DNA from: Octopus sinensis
Lineage: Eukaryota
NCBI RefSeq assembly: GCF_006345805.1
Contig: NC_042999.1
Coordinates: forward strand, 166,532,001 to 166,596,000
DNA: 64,000 bases
Direction: 5' to 3'
Position numbers and translations under genes: made by a program. Positions 27,160 through 41,130 of this stretch are shown here, in pieces. A model generated the notes under the pieces. That model made no database searches. It saw only the letters and a program-made list of their open reading frames with translations, and was not told where the DNA came from. Each line of letters begins with the position of its first letter. Position 1 is the first letter of the stretch.

Positions 27160-27490
27160 CAAGCATAGAATGTTGAACTCACAATCATTTGGTAGTGAGT
27201 TCGATTCCCAGACTGGGCTGTGTGTTGTGTTCTTGAGCAAGACATTTTATTCTATATTGCTCCAGTCCACTCAGCTGCAGAAATGAGCTGCGACATCACT
27301 GGTGCCAAGTTTTATCAGCCTTTGCCTTTCCTTTGGGCAACATCAGTGGCATGGAGAAGGGAGGCTGGTATGCATAGGTGAGAACTGGTCTTCCATAAAC
27401 AACCTTGTTCAGACTTGTGTCTTGGAGGGGAACTTTTTAGGTGCAATCCTATGGTCATTCATGACCGAAGGGAGTCTTTACTCTTTACAT
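27160..27490 (+). mobile_element. tRNA-derived SINE, second family
   Basis: B-box gagttcgattccc; head related to 45736 and 51592. Confidence 0.65.
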
Positions 27491-28101
27491 TAAAATATGG
27501 TTGGGTGTGGGGGGGGGCATACTGAAAAAATATTGCTAACAGAAAAATAATAATTAAAAAAGTTTGAGAAACACTACCCCATAGTCTTGAAAAAAAAAAG
27601 GATGTTGGATAATACATGGTAGTCCTGGCATGGAATGCCTTTGATCATGGTAGTCCTGGCTGGAATGCCTTTGATCATAGGTCTCCTGAGTCAGAGGTGG
27701 TCTGAGGCTAATCAACACAACAACCACCAATAAGTGATGTCACAAAGAATGTGAATTTCCAACGATATAAAAATAGCATGCTCAGTGACTAATTGGCCTT
27801 GCAGCCGTAACAAAAATTTCCTTTATTGGCTCAGCCTTGACATAACCAACTCATTGTTTAGATGAGGACCAGTACAAATATTCTTCACAAAAGTCTGGGA
27901 CAATGTGAGATGTTGAACACAATTCATACCTCAGTGTCCACAGTCCTCAACCACCAGGATCAAAATTTTTTAGTGCCATGAGCTGCAGCCTAAAGCCAGT
28001 TTGAGAACCTACACAAGTTTACTTTATTCAGCTAAATGCTTCTCAGATTATTACAACTATTAACCTTTGTCAATGTTGGAAATGGCAATTTCATTTCTTA
28101 C

Positions 28102-28311
28102 CTGAATTGTTTCCCTGATTCGATAGCCAAGATCCTCACTTAGAAGTAGAGCCCCATCATCAGTTAAGTTACTAATACCTTCTGCTTCAGCCATCATTCG
28201 AATGGAGTCACGAGAAAGTATGATGTACCGCTTTTCACTTATTACCTTCTTTTCCTCTGCATTCCCATGACTGATAGACTCTTTGAGACTATCAATGTCA
28301 GGATCTTTAAC
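28102..28311 (-). CDS. TAF6L: TAF6L coding exon 2, histone-fold start
   Basis: ttttatag acceptor and GTAAGA donor; 70 codons VKDPD...EKRYIILSRDSIRMMAEAEGISNLTDDGALLLSEDLGYRIRETIQ, resembling the TAF6L N-terminus (ERRFVEIPRESVRLMAES...AEDVCYRLREATQ). Confidence 0.93.
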
Positions 28312-30319
28312 CTATAAAATACAAAATTGTATAAAATACAAAATATTTGTATTGTAATAAACATAACAAACTCATTTTTATTACTGAGTCTCCTAAAAAA
28401 AATATAAGTTAAATTTGAATAATAAGGGACTTTTTAAGCAGTAGCCAATACCAATATCAAATTCTTTAGAATCACTCTCAAATCACTCCATAGTCATGAA
28501 AAAAGAAAGAACACATTAGTTAATGTAGTCCTAGATATTGCTAAAAAGACAGAACAGCTGCAATAGGAATGCCTCTAATCATAGTTTGGTCTAATCAGGA
28601 CTGATCCGAGATTTTAAAAGAACAGCATTTTCTTTTGATTGGCATTATAGCTGTGGCCAAGAAAAATCATTACATTTGGCATTTTGTTCAAAGACTTTGA
28701 TCAATCCTAAAATACGTGGTTTCTATTTGAAAGACAATAATAGATAGATTGAAGATTTAGCTGCTACACAGAACATCAAATGGCCAAGAGAGAATTTCTT
28801 GCTAAAATTAAAACTCTATCAAGCATTGAACAAGTGTACCTTGCATGTATCTATTGTGACCATCACTAAAGCTTTCATTCATGATTGTCATACCATCAAC
28901 AACCAATCACTATGTTATGATGGTCTATGAGAGTGTTTCTCAACAGTAACCAAAAGACTACCTAAATGTACAACAGATTTTTAGGAAAATCTGAGGGCCT
29001 TCAAAAATATGGTAATTACAATTTTGTTATATACAAGTATTACTAACAAAACAAATCTAACAATTTTTTTCAATATTTTTCTCTAAGATTTGAATTTTAA
29101 AATCCAAATGATGGTGGTGGTTTCCTTTTAAATTTCTGTGCAAGTAATTTTTTGAGAGCCACAAAATCAAAAAGATTGAGAACCAAACTGCTAGAAATAG
29201 TAAGGATGGTTATGACTAGACCACCTTTGATCATAGGTTTGCTGGATAAAAGTTCACCAAAAACTGAACAACCACCACTTGCACCGTTTCTTTATATTCT
29301 GGCAGAAGAAACTGCTTCAACTGCTGTTATGGAAGGCATGGATAGGATTAACAGAGTTAATTTTTCCAGGAATATGATATAAAAGAATCCAAGGACCTAA
29401 ATTTCAGTGATGAAAGGATTTAAAATAACAATTTGTGCCAGATATTAACAAACCTGTAATCTAATTTTTATCCAGCTTGCCAATTTCAACAAATATGTAA
29501 CATTGAATACAAGTCTTTATTTTTGTTATCTATTTATATTTTTGGTGAGCAAACAACAAAATTCAGGATCAATAAAAAGAACAATGGTCTTATTTTTACA
29601 GCAACCTCTAAGGAATTGATGTCAGGACATTTTACTTGGTAAAACAAAGGGAAAGATTTTAAACAGCTAAAGTTTTCATCTTTCTAAATAAATGAAACAA
29701 CAAAGATTAACAGAACCTCAAATTCTGACACAAAATATAGTTTATATGAATTATTGATTCTAAGAAAAGAGGGCAACAAAAATATTCATTTCTCTGTTAA
29801 GGAAAGCAGGTAAACAAAAGCAGGTAAACAGGCTAAAACTACATTTAATCTGGCTATAATGTTTTACACCTTTAGCATTCAAACTGGTCACATCTAGCTC
29901 AAATATTCTACCCATTTTATGTTCAAACTGGCCAGATCCAGCCTTTCACACCTATTCTACAATATTATTCTAAAAACAATCACATCATTGAAGTCTTGAA
30001 GCTACAAGATAAGGCATGATTCATTCAAAACAATGTGAATAAATAAGCATTACATTTGACAGTGTAATCTCAATGCTAGAGGGTTAAACCTTCACTGTAA
30101 ACACTTGTATATGGCACATACCAATTTCTTTTCCAGTAATTGTGTAAGAATTCTGTCATTCTAACAAGCAGCATTTTCCAGATTTTCACTGGTTGTATGC
30201 TCTGGCAGCTATATTGGCTAAAACCCACACAAAAAATCTTCCAGTTTCACTTTGTACCCAACAGATCAAGTAGCTGTCCGATTTTACTCTAAACTAGCAA
30301 AACATTACCAATAGCAATA

Positions 30320-30720
30320 GGCGCAGAAGTGGCTGTGTGGTAGGTAGCTTGTTTACCAACCAAATGGTTCCGGGTTCAGTCCCACTGCGTGGCACCTTGG
30401 GCAAGTGTCTTCTACTATAGCCTCGGGCCGACCAAAGCCTTGTGAGTGGATTTGCTAGACGGAAACTGAAAGAAGCCCATCGTATATATGTATATATATA
30501 TATATATATATATGCGTGTGTGTGTTTGTCCTCCTAGCATTGCTTGACAACCGATGCTGGTGTGTTTATGTCCCCGTTACTTAGCGGTTCGGCAAAAGAG
30601 ACCGATAGAATAAGTACTGGGCTTACAAAAGAATAAGTCCCAGGGTCGAGTTGCTCGATTAAAAGGCGGTGCTCCAGCATGGCCGCAGTCAAATGACTGA
30701 AACAAGTAAAAGAGTAAAAA
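30320..30720 (+). mobile_element. tRNA-derived SINE
   Basis: Full-length copy of the main family. Confidence 0.9.
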
Positions 30721-30799
30721 GCAGCACATAACTGAGTTAGCCATTTTCAGCTGTTTTATATAATAGAACCAATTTAACTTGAATAAGAAACAAACTTAC

Positions 30800-30879
30800 C
30801 AAATTGTTTTCCATCAGGTCACATATATAATACTATTCCCTACACACTTCATAAACACAAAATTGTGTACAGTACATTC
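30800..30879 (-). other. Candidate cryptic or alternative TAF6L exon
   Basis: TTG|GTAAGT donor, tttgtaag acceptor and CTAAT branch-like motif; contains ATG GAA AAC AAT TTG in frame with the next exon. Confidence 0.35.
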
Positions 30880-30943
30880 CTTACAAAATGTTTTATATAA
30901 ACCTTGTTATGATTAGAAACTTATTATATATGTGTGTACGTGT

Positions 30944-31334
30944 TACTCTTTTACTTGTTTCAGTCATCTGACTGCGGCCATGCTGGAGCACCGCCTTTAA
31001 GCGAGCAAATCGGACTTATTCTTTGTAAGCCCAGTACTCATTCTATCGGTCTCTTTTTGCCGAACCGCTAAGTGACGGGGACATAAACACACCAGCATCA
31101 TTTGTCAAGCAATGCTAGAGGGACAAACACAGACACACAAACACACACACACATATATATATACATATATATGACGGGCTTCTTTCAGTTTCCGTCTACC
31201 AAATCCACTCACAAGGCTTTGGTCGGCCCGAGGCTATAGTAGAAGACACTTGCCCAAGCTGCCATGCAGTGGGACTGAACCCGGAACCATGTGGTTCGCA
31301 AGCAAGCTACTTACCACACAGCCACTCCTGCGCC
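30944..31334 (-). mobile_element. tRNA-derived SINE, inverted relative to 30320-30720
   Basis: Full-length copy of the main family. Confidence 0.9.
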
Positions 31335-32619
31335 TATGTTATTAAATTTCTGATGCATTAGCAGTGTTTGCTTTGATGCTATTAAGTACTGAAGAGTTTA
31401 TCTATAGTTTTGGTCAACACTGTATATAATAAATGTAAATACCTAGACTTCATATACAATATCCTTGTGAATAGAAAATAATAAACCAGCATCAGACCAG
31501 ACTGATTTTATCAGCAACTGAGCACCTTCTTGGACTATCGACACAGATAATATTACCAAGTGCTCAAGCAAATCAGACAGATTTGTGTATTACAGCAGAT
31601 CCTTGACAATGAATTTGTTGAATTAGCTGCTAAGGATGTGTTGCAGTATGTATATCAGTTTATCCAATTTACTCAAGTAGCAGCAGTAGCAGTAGTAGTA
31701 GTAGTAGGTTTATAACCAAAGTCCCTATAGATAGTTAAAGAGGACACTCTGTCTCTGATGAAAGCTCAAATTAGAATTGAAAATTGATCTCTCAATTTCT
31801 GATCATGAAAGCATTGTATTATAAAGATGAAGTGTTTATATCTCTTTGATACATACAATATTGGCTAAAACCTATTGAAATATTCTGTAGTTCAGTGCAG
31901 CATTCAAACAAAACACTTGACGCACCAGTAATATATTAACTGAAAGGGATCCAGTTCTAGAAAAGGATTAAGCAAAATCTTTAATCTGTGGAAGTTGAAT
32001 AAACCTTTGATCAAATGTGTTCCCACTATAATCATCCTATTTTTTTAGGAACACAATTTTTAATTACAGATATTCCAACTTGGGAAAATGTTTGGAAGAG
32101 TATGTCTAAGATTACATTATCAAATGTGTCCTTTACTCATTTCAAATGAGTGTGATTTGTGAGATATTTGGCTCTATTTCTAATTGGTTGATTGACCACA
32201 TAGGCACACTCTCATTGACTTGAATGTGTGGGCCGTGCCTCTGAAAGAAGTTTGTCATGGTGGAACCACACTTTAAAAGACTTTTGGGACCTAGGAAGGG
32301 GTTGTCCTCTTAAAACTCAAGATGGCTATGAGGTTTTTGTTTTTTAGGGATGAGCCCAACTGATAGTCATGGACCCCTGTCCTTGGCTTTCCAGCCCCAA
32401 CTTGACAGACCAACGAAATTCACCTCTTATAGAGTCAATTTGTAAGAATAAAGAAACTGACATTACCAGAAATTCCAACACAAGAAACATTACTACAACT
32501 TCACACAGTTTTGAAACTCATCCACCACATCAAGCATAAACTTTTATACATTAGGAAGATGTACAGAGAACATCTGCCAGGGGAAGAAACTAGAAGTAGT
32601 TAATAGCTTCTGCTACCAA

Positions 32620-33564
32620 GGCAACCAAGTCTGTAGTGGGGGCAGTTGCTCTGAGAGTGAAGCGACTAGAGTAAGAATAGCCTGGGCAAAGTTCAGGGAG
32701 CTCCTACCTCTGCTGGCAACTAAGGGCCTCTCGCTCAGGATGAAAGGTAGACTGTATGATGCATGTGTGTGAACTGCCATGCTACATGGCAGTGAAACAT
32801 GAGTCATGAATGCTGAAGACATGCATAGGCTTGAAAGAAATGAAGCTAGTATGATCCACTGGATGTGTAATGTCAGTGTGCATACACAACAGTGTAAGTG
32901 CCCTGAGAGAAAAGATAGGCATAAGAAGCATCAAATGTATGCAAGAGAGGCAACTGCGATGGTATGGCCATGTGTTACGTACGAATGAAGACAGCTGTGT
33001 GAGGAAGTGCCACTCCCTAACTGTAGAAGAAACCTGTGGAAAAGGTAGACCCAGGAAGACATGGGATGAGGTGGTCAAGCATGACCTTCAAACACTGGGC
33101 CTCACAAAGGCAATGACAGGAGACCGAGACCTTTGGAGGTATGCTGTGATTGAGATCACCCAGCAACTAAAGTGAGATCACAGCCATACATGTCCAGCCC
33201 TGTTAAGAATACTCCTGATGTGTCGGGTGATATGATATGCTTGAGAAAACCTGTTGAGTCAAGTAAAACCAACATCATAGCTGGGGCCAGTGCCCCTTGA
33301 CTGGCTCCGATGCCTACGGCACGTAAAAAGCACCATCTGAATGTGGTTGATGCCAGGTCCACCTGACTGGCTCCCATGCCGGTGGCATGTAAAAAGCACC
33401 CACTACACTCTCAGAGTGGTTGGTATGAGGAAGGGCATCCAGCTGTAGAAACTCTGCCAGATTAGATTGGAACCTGGTGCAGCTGCTGGCTCTAAAGACC
33501 TCAGTCAAACTGTCCAGCCCATGCCAGCATGGAAAACAAACGTTAATCAATGATGATGATGATG
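32620..33564 (+). mobile_element. RTE LINE 3' fragment
   Basis: LERNEASMIHWM and GRPRKTWDEVVKHDL; (ATG)n tail. Confidence 0.9.
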
Positions 33565-33602
33565 AAATCCGCAGAAGTAACAAGAAAAAATGTTAAACTT
33601 AC

Positions 33603-33614
33603 CTTCGATGACAT
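33603..33614 (-). CDS. TAF6L: TAF6L coding exon 1 (MSSK)
   Basis: ATG TCA TCG AAG followed by a GTAAGT donor; phase 0 joins in frame to the 28311 exon. Confidence 0.7.
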
Positions 33615-33714
33615 TTTGCCCCAATTTTCTTTAATTTTGGTAAATAAAACTAATTAAATTGTTTTAAATCCTTCTTCATTACTCTTCTGAATTGTAATTC
33701 ATCCAAGGAATAAT
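33615..33714 (-). other. TAF6L: 5' UTR portion of the start-codon exon of TAF6L
   Basis: ttttattaatttgtag acceptor at 33715; contiguous with the MSSK start. Confidence 0.6.
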
Positions 33715-34491
33715 CTACAAATTAATAAAAATAAAATAAGCAGAAATTTCAATGTAATGAAAGTTTCAAAAATCAAATGGTAAGAAATTAATTAAATAGA
33801 ATCAGTATGTAAACATGATGATGATGATGATGATATGATTAAGGGTCTGTGATTCAGTTATTTGAAACAGCTAAGTGATTAATTATGTTAAAAAAATGTC
33901 CATGCCAACAAGTTTTTTTCTGTATATAATAAAACATAATGTCCAATTTGATTTCAACTTGGAAAAATTTTTGATCACTTCAAGGCAGCTACCATATTCA
34001 TATGATAAGGAGTCAAAATAACCTCAAAGATATAATCAGTATGAGTTATTTCTAGCTGAAAATAATTACAAACTTTCAACAATGCTATGTTAGCTTCAAA
34101 TATTGCTCAATTTCACTTCTCTTTTATACTTCTGAGCAATGCATAAAGAACTACATATTTGGTAACAGTTAAATGTTGTAACCAATTTTCTCAAAAGAAG
34201 ATTAAGTGTTTCTGTAACTCTGGAATGAGCCATCATTACTACTGATCCTAATATCCTCTCCAGTAGCAGCAAGCTAACAAAATGCTCATCAGTTGCACAG
34301 TGACCCTACAAACTATTTACAACAACGAAATATATTCTCTGGCCCAATATTTACTATTTACACAGAAAAGGCTGAGGTTAAGCATCCACAAAAAAAAAGG
34401 GCTGACAGGATACTGACCCTCTACCTAAGTACTTTCAGCAGGCAAGCCACCACCTTAATGATTTGGTATATGGTAGAATATCTTTATTTAA

Positions 34492-34712
34492 CCCTTTCAT
34501 TACCGTATTTATTTTGAGATGCTCTGTGTTTCTTTCAATTATTTTAAATATAACAAAGAATTTAGTAAAATAACTTAGTTATCATTAAACAAGTGTTAGG
34601 AACATAAATTGTGACTAAGGTTTGGTGGAAGATTTTAATTCAAAACTTATGAAAACAAGACATTTGTACTACAGAGCCAGAGTCGGTTTCAGCCGGGTTG
34701 GTAACGAAAGGG
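34492..34712. mobile_element. TTAA-flanked MITE family A (reverse orientation)
   Basis: TIRs and both TTAA present. Confidence 0.85.
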
Positions 34713-35741
34713 TTAACAATGGATCAACTCATTTTTAATATATTCTGGCAGATTCAAAACATTAATATCTGTTGTTATTTTTAAACAATACGGACAATGT
34801 GTTTCATAACAAACATGGGTCACCAGTACTTTTGAAACACCATAGTGTTTCCACCTTGTTAGGTGTTTCCTCAGTCAAAACTAACCCACTGGACTGATGA
34901 CTCTAATAACAGCACAAACTCTTGTTTATAGGAATGAACAAAGAAATTATTTGCTGATGTTTGCCAAACAGATAATAATTCATGGGGTGCAAGCAGAACA
35001 GCGATAACCCAAACAATAACATATCCATTCTTAATACATTCTGGCAGATTTGAACACGAATATCTGATTGCTGAGCACTTGTCAAGATTCCTCAAACTGG
35101 CAGGGTGGCTTTGATTTGCAGTGACCCGAAATCAAAGCACCATGCTGTCTCAAAGTTTCCTTATTCTGGTGAATCACATGTATTATGAACTCATATTCCC
35201 ACTAAAGAAAAATGTTCTCTGATGATGACAAGCAAGTGATCAGATATCTACAGAACCTGCCAGAATTTATTAAAATTGAACAGATATGTTGTTCAAATTT
35301 CTCACATAAATTGACATACATTCATGTAAAATTATTAGCCTCTAATTACTTTAGTTTTAAGGTTTCATTACTTTAGTGTGCTTCAAAAGCAAACAATTCA
35401 TCATTCAATAATAAATAAATTATCTATCATTACCATTTGCTCAACATTTTCAGAATTCAAGGTTATAGCATAAATGCAAACATTTTTCAGTGTGTAACAT
35501 CAAAACAGCAGTCATTTTTCTGTATGATCTATATCAACTACATCACTGTAGCTGTTACTCATCCTGTTATATTATAGACTAAGCCCAGGGCTACCGCTGC
35601 TCTCAATGTCTTACCAAAAAAGAGCTTTTACTTGATCATTCGACTTGTTAGAAATAGTAACCAAATATGCCTTAAAATCACACTTTATCATCTCAAACCA
35701 GATAGGAAATACCGGTTAGGACAAGATGGAATGCTTTAGAG

Positions 35742-35885
35742 CAGGGTCCCCAAACTTTTTAGACCATCGACCCCCATCATGGAATTCTTGACCCCTCATT
35801 GACCCTTAGGCATATACAAGAAGATAAATAAATAAATAATAATAATAAACACAAGGGTCAATATCAACCACTTTGGAGACCCTTG
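35742..35885. mobile_element. hAT-type MITE
   Basis: CAGGGTCCCCAAA...TTTGGAGACCCTTG with 8-bp TSD CTTTAGAG. Confidence 0.85.
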
Positions 35886-36499
35886 CTTTAGAGCATAGGT
35901 CTAGGACTAAACAATAAAAACATCTAAGTTACAGACCAATCTGACCAGGGCAACTTTTTAGTCCCAAACCACAACCACATTACAAACCTTACAATACAAT
36001 ATTGTGTGTACATGATCACAGACACACAGACACATAAAAAAAGAAAAAAAGCAGCCCAAACCCACATAACACACAAAAATAAATCAAGTTATTTAAAATC
36101 AAAAATTACTAAAAATTACAAACAACACAATTTATAATGGCTGCAATATTATGAAGAAGAGAACAATACTTTTAAACTAGAATATCAGTATCATTAGGTA
36201 AGATAAGTGCAATTGGTATTGATTTTTACATTTTTGTAGACTAGTAGTTGGAAGAAAAACAAAGTAGAAAGAGGGTCCTAGAAGGATGAACAAGAGAGAA
36301 AGGCTTGTAAAAAAATCTTAAATAAGGAAGCTGGTCTATATTGGATCTTTCATGCTCTTAAGATACTTTTACATTGCTTGTATGGAAAGAGGCAGCTCAC
36401 TGCTTATAGTAGTAGAGTTAATGAATAACTGAAGAGCATTTCTTAACATGTAGACATGAACTCATATAAACCGAGCACCAACATTATTTCTACTTTCAG

Positions 36500-38120
36500 A
36501 ATATAAAGCTTTGCATTCAACAACATGTGTATACTTAAATAAAGTATCCTGCAAACCTATTCCTCTCCATTTCGCCAGGCTCACTATCATTCACACAAAT
36601 ATGCCATGTTTGAAACAAAAGTTAATTCCAATCATTTAAAAACCAACAAGACCATCGTCCTTTTACTACACTCAAACAATGTGCACAAAACTAGCTGATC
36701 CAAATTAAACCCTTTGATATCTTTTTCTGTCCCCATGACACTGCCAGTCACCTTCAATATCTCAACAGTGATTGAGACACTCGTTAACAATCATAATCTC
36801 CAGCATCTTAACACTCTCCTTCCTTAATGACTACCAATAAAGTTTCTGCTGTAGGTATTTAACATTACAGAAACTTTATTGGTAGTGGACTTTCACCTGA
36901 TGAAGTTTAGTGTAAATAATGTCATCACATTCAACACCAGCAAAGTATTCAATTATAACTGACAAGTGAATCTCAGTTAAAACTGCTTGCATATCCATCC
37001 ATCTGTTAGTCAGAGTGAAAACTTTTTCTTAGATCCAACCACTGCTGATGGAGTTCTCTTTAAGCCATATTCTATCAACTCTGATAAGCTCTAAGGTTCA
37101 GTTTGACCTCCACATTTTCCTTCCCATACATCAACATCCTATCTGACATCACCTCCTATGCAGATCATAATATCCTTCACCACAGCCTATACTTCTACAC
37201 AAAGTATCATCCACATGCAACCTAAAATCCGAATTTGCACCAACTTCAGGAACAGTCAAAAACATTCTCAAACATTCTCATGTCAATCTTGTTGCTGTCT
37301 ACAGACGAAGACATAATGATTACATCATCATCATCATCATCATCATTTAGTATTTGCTTTCCATGCTAACATCAACCACTCCAAGAGTGTAATGGGTGCT
37401 TTTTACATACCACCAGCCCAAGTGCCAGTTAAGTGACACCAGCATCAGCCACAACTATGATTTCACTTGGCTTGATGGGTCTTCTACTCAAGCATGGCAT
37501 ATTACCAAAGGTCTTGGTCACTTATTACTTCCGTAAGGCCCAGTGTTCAAAGGGTGCCTGTTACATGACACCAGCATCAGCCACAACTACAGTTTCACTT
37601 GGCCTATAACAAAAAGAGAAATTAAACCCTTCCTGCTATGCAACTAAAAGTTTCAAAATTGCTAAAAATGACTATCGTCACTATCACTGATATTTTTCAT
37701 GGTCCATAATGAAATACTGCTCCTACACCTAGGACAGTGCTGTCACTACACGTCTCCGACAACAATAAAAAAGATCTGTCTGGTAGCAAAAAGTGCTACC
37801 TGACTGGTTAGCATAGATATTGAGCAACGCACTCCACATTCCATCTTACAAATATACTGTCTCTTCACTCTGCATTTTCTCTCACTAATACAGTTGTATT
37901 TCATACTCCTCAGAACTGGTTGACCTTGTGTCACACCCACTCAGACTCACTTATCTCCCTCTTATGTCCACTACAGCTTCTAGACCTGCACTAACTGCTA
38001 CACCCAATTTTTTCCTCCCCAGAATGTCAGCACTCTGGAATACACTCCCTCCCTTCGGTTTTTTTTTTTCCTGCAGCCATTAACTACAGTTCTTCAAGAA
38101 CATCAACTATATCAATTCCA
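36500..38120 (+). mobile_element. Heavily decayed CR1/L2-type LINE, interrupted by an RTE-tail element at about 37322-37600
   Basis: FLPYIN...ITSYADH (YADD region) and a C-terminal FFPRxxALWNTLP-like segment. Confidence 0.55.
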
Positions 38121-39136
38121 CCAGGCTTGAAGGCCTGTGAAGATCACAGGTACAATCTATTTTCTTGATTAAATTAAATCTCACTCTAAATGGGATGCTA
38201 GTCAATCAGAAGTAATACATGCAAATTATATACGGTACTTATTTCTCCTAACTAGGTGTACTGAGGCATTTTAGAATTTAATGTACTGATCTGAGACGAT
38301 CTGTAATGAATTGAACTCAAGACTATATCATTTCCATCCTTGTTCTCTCTGTTTCAGGAGTCCTTCCATAGAATTAGCTCAAAGAGAATGGACTCTGAAG
38401 GTAAAGTCTTAAGTCAAACCTCAGGGTTCTTAATAGGTCATGAGACAACCACATAGCTGAAGTACATTTTAGTCCTGAAGAGGTATCTTACACATTATAA
38501 TGTAGACTTGACTATATGGAGAATAGGAGATTTCTATGAGAGGCTGTCAGGTTCAGAATTTCTATGGAGAATAATGTTCAAAACTGTTTGTATTCTCAAT
38601 TAGAAGGTATGCAATGTAGTGTGTTTAAATAGTACCTGTCCAAGTAACTGCAAGCATTAAAAGATTACACAAGTTCAAAGCCATCCTAAAACTATTCTTT
38701 TCCATCTCATCTAATCAAGTATATGTAACAATTACTGTCTTTGGTGGCCCAAACAGTGCAACAAAGAATTATAATAAATCTTAAATAATAATAATAATAA
38801 CTACTATGCATTAACTTGCCTCTAACACAATATTACAAAATCATGCACACCCACACATAAACATAGATTTGATATACTTTCAAAGAAGTACTGTATGATC
38901 AAACAAAAGCATAGCAGTTATATATATGTTGTTCTAGATGTGAGTACTCTTTTATGTTTGATAAGTTATCTTCAAAGATTAGTTATGGTTGGCTGAAGAG
39001 ATTCAATATTTTACACTTGGCGAAAACTGAACACGTACATTTCAATAAGTTCGTTATATTAACTAGGAGCACAGAGATTAATTAATATATGTTGTTCCAG
39101 TATTAAATAAAGCAAAACCAAAATTCATAGATCCAG

Positions 39137-39855
39137 TCAAAAATAATAACTTTTCAGATAGATTTGAAAAAAAAAAATCATTAAAAAATGCCTGAGAAGA
39201 TAGGCCTGCCTGTGTTCAAATGGCCATGCTCCACAGCAGTGAAACATGGGCTGTGACTTGGCTGGATGTGCAGTGTCATTGTGCATGTTCGACAGAACAT
39301 AAGTGTCTTGAGAGAAAAGTTGGGAATACAAGACATCAGATGTGGTGTGCAAGAGAGATGAATGTGCTGGTATAGTCATATGATGCTTACGGATGAGGAC
39401 AGCTGTGCAAAAAAAAGTGACAATCTGTAACTGTGAATGAAACCTGTGGAAGAGGTAGACCCAGGAAGACATGGGACAAAGTGGCAAAGCATGATCTTCG
39501 AATGTTGGGCCTCATGGAGGCGATGCCAAGTGACCAAGACCTTTGGTGATATGCTGTACTTGAGAAGACTCATCAAACCAAGCAAAATTATAGTCATGGC
39601 TGTTACCAGTGTCACGTCAATGGTACCCATGAAATTGTAGTTGTGGTCATGCTGGTGTCATGTAAATTGCATGTAAAAGGCCCCCATTAAACTCTTGGAC
39701 TGGTTGGCATCAGGACGGACATCCAGCTGTAGAAACCATGTCAGATCAGACAAGAACCTGGAACTGGTAAGCTCTCCCGCTTACCAGTTCCAGTCAAACC
39801 GTCTAACCCATGCCAGCATGGAAAGCAAATGTTAAATGAAGATGATGATGATGAA
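39137..39855 (+). mobile_element. RTE LINE 3' fragment
   Basis: Homologous to 32620-33564; (ATG)n tail. Confidence 0.85.
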
Positions 39856-39899
39856 AACATCTACACTGGTCCATGTGTGCATAATGCAGGTGCTCAGCT

Positions 39900-40100
39900 C
39901 TGATCTCTGTAGCACTAGGCAGAACCAACAGAATCCTTCCTGAATTGTGCATTAGACAGTTGACTTGGGAAGAACAGATAGAAGAGGTTCATGAGAAAAA
40001 GATTGTTGAATACTGGGAAGAGCTGGTAGAGTAATGTAGAAGTTGAGACTGGCAGACTCACTGTGAATTAACTGAAGTGAGCTGGCAGGAGTTTGTGGAA
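39900..40100 (+). mobile_element. Restriction-like-endonuclease non-LTR element remnant (Hero/NeSL-like)
   Basis: LTWEEQIEEVHEKKIVEY resembles ELTVPWEERIEEAHERKxxKY. Confidence 0.45.
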
Positions 40101-40879
40101 TGCTCACTCTGACTGGGCTCAAAATTACTAGTGCAGGAAAAAAAGGAGAGGAATAGAAGTTTTATTACTACAAGGTGATTTTGGATAAAGAAGACAAACC
40201 CACAGCTTTTTGCTATTGGGATGCAAGCCAGAACTTGATCAGCCTTGGCTGGTTGAACTGGATGACACCAGGAAATTCATTGATGCTGTATTCCAGGGCA
40301 TCTGAGAGACATATCTTGAAGCTTAGATAACATCCCAGACAACCAACAACTTATTCACAACTTAATGAAATAAATGTCCTGTCCAGTGATGCAATGAAAT
40401 GTTTGAATAAATGTAGATTTATTCAGTTACTTCGTTAATGACAATGAAATCTCTCCCTCCTTGATGACTACCAATATAGAGTGGCAGCCATTAACGAGAG
40501 AGTGGGAGCCAAAACGTTGGAGATTGTGATTGCTAACGACTACCTCCGTTGACCAATGAAGTACATTGGAGCATGGGCAGGTACCAATGATCTTTAAAGA
40601 CCTTCCAAGACTGCTGAGAGTGATAATGTTAATCCTAAGTTTTAATATTTGTAAATTTTCATTTGAAGGAAAAATAGGGGAAAGAAACAAGTTCTAGAGG
40701 GTTTATGTTCTATGGATGTGAGGAGAATTAAGCATAACGGTCAGTGTGAGATTTGGATGAAGATGGTATACAACTAGTTACTCCAGAGGAGTAGAAGCCA
40801 TTATAGTAGAAATAAAATATGTATGTATGGGCCACAGGTTGCAGTGTGTGACTGAATGATTTTGCTAATCAGTTGAATG

Positions 40880-41130
40880 CCCCACACCAAACTCCTTTTG
40901 GACATGGTCAAGAACGTTTATGTATGTAGCTGCAGTATCTCAGATTCTGGAGCAATAATCCATCGTGGCTCTTATTTGTGCCTTGTAGCATCAACAGATT
41001 TTCAAAGCTGAACAATTCTGTGGCCCTAAGATGAAGGTTTAATCTTAAGGAGGCAGCTTTGTTATGTTGTGTGGGAGTATTGTCAAGAAAGATCAGAAAT
41101 TGCATGGCCTACCATAGACTTTAATGTTTT
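40880..41130 (-). mobile_element. CR1/L2-type LINE remnant
   Basis: YKAQIRATMDYCSRI*DTA resembles YKAQIRPxMEYCSHIW. Confidence 0.6.

Noticed and set aside
30320-30400. tRNA gene at SINE heads (all copies)
   Set aside because: A/B boxes are present but there is no full cloverleaf, and each continues into the SINE body
31750-31800. CTGATGA...GAAA as another hammerhead
   Set aside because: Stem II is poorly paired and there is no convincing stem I or III; at best a very old remnant
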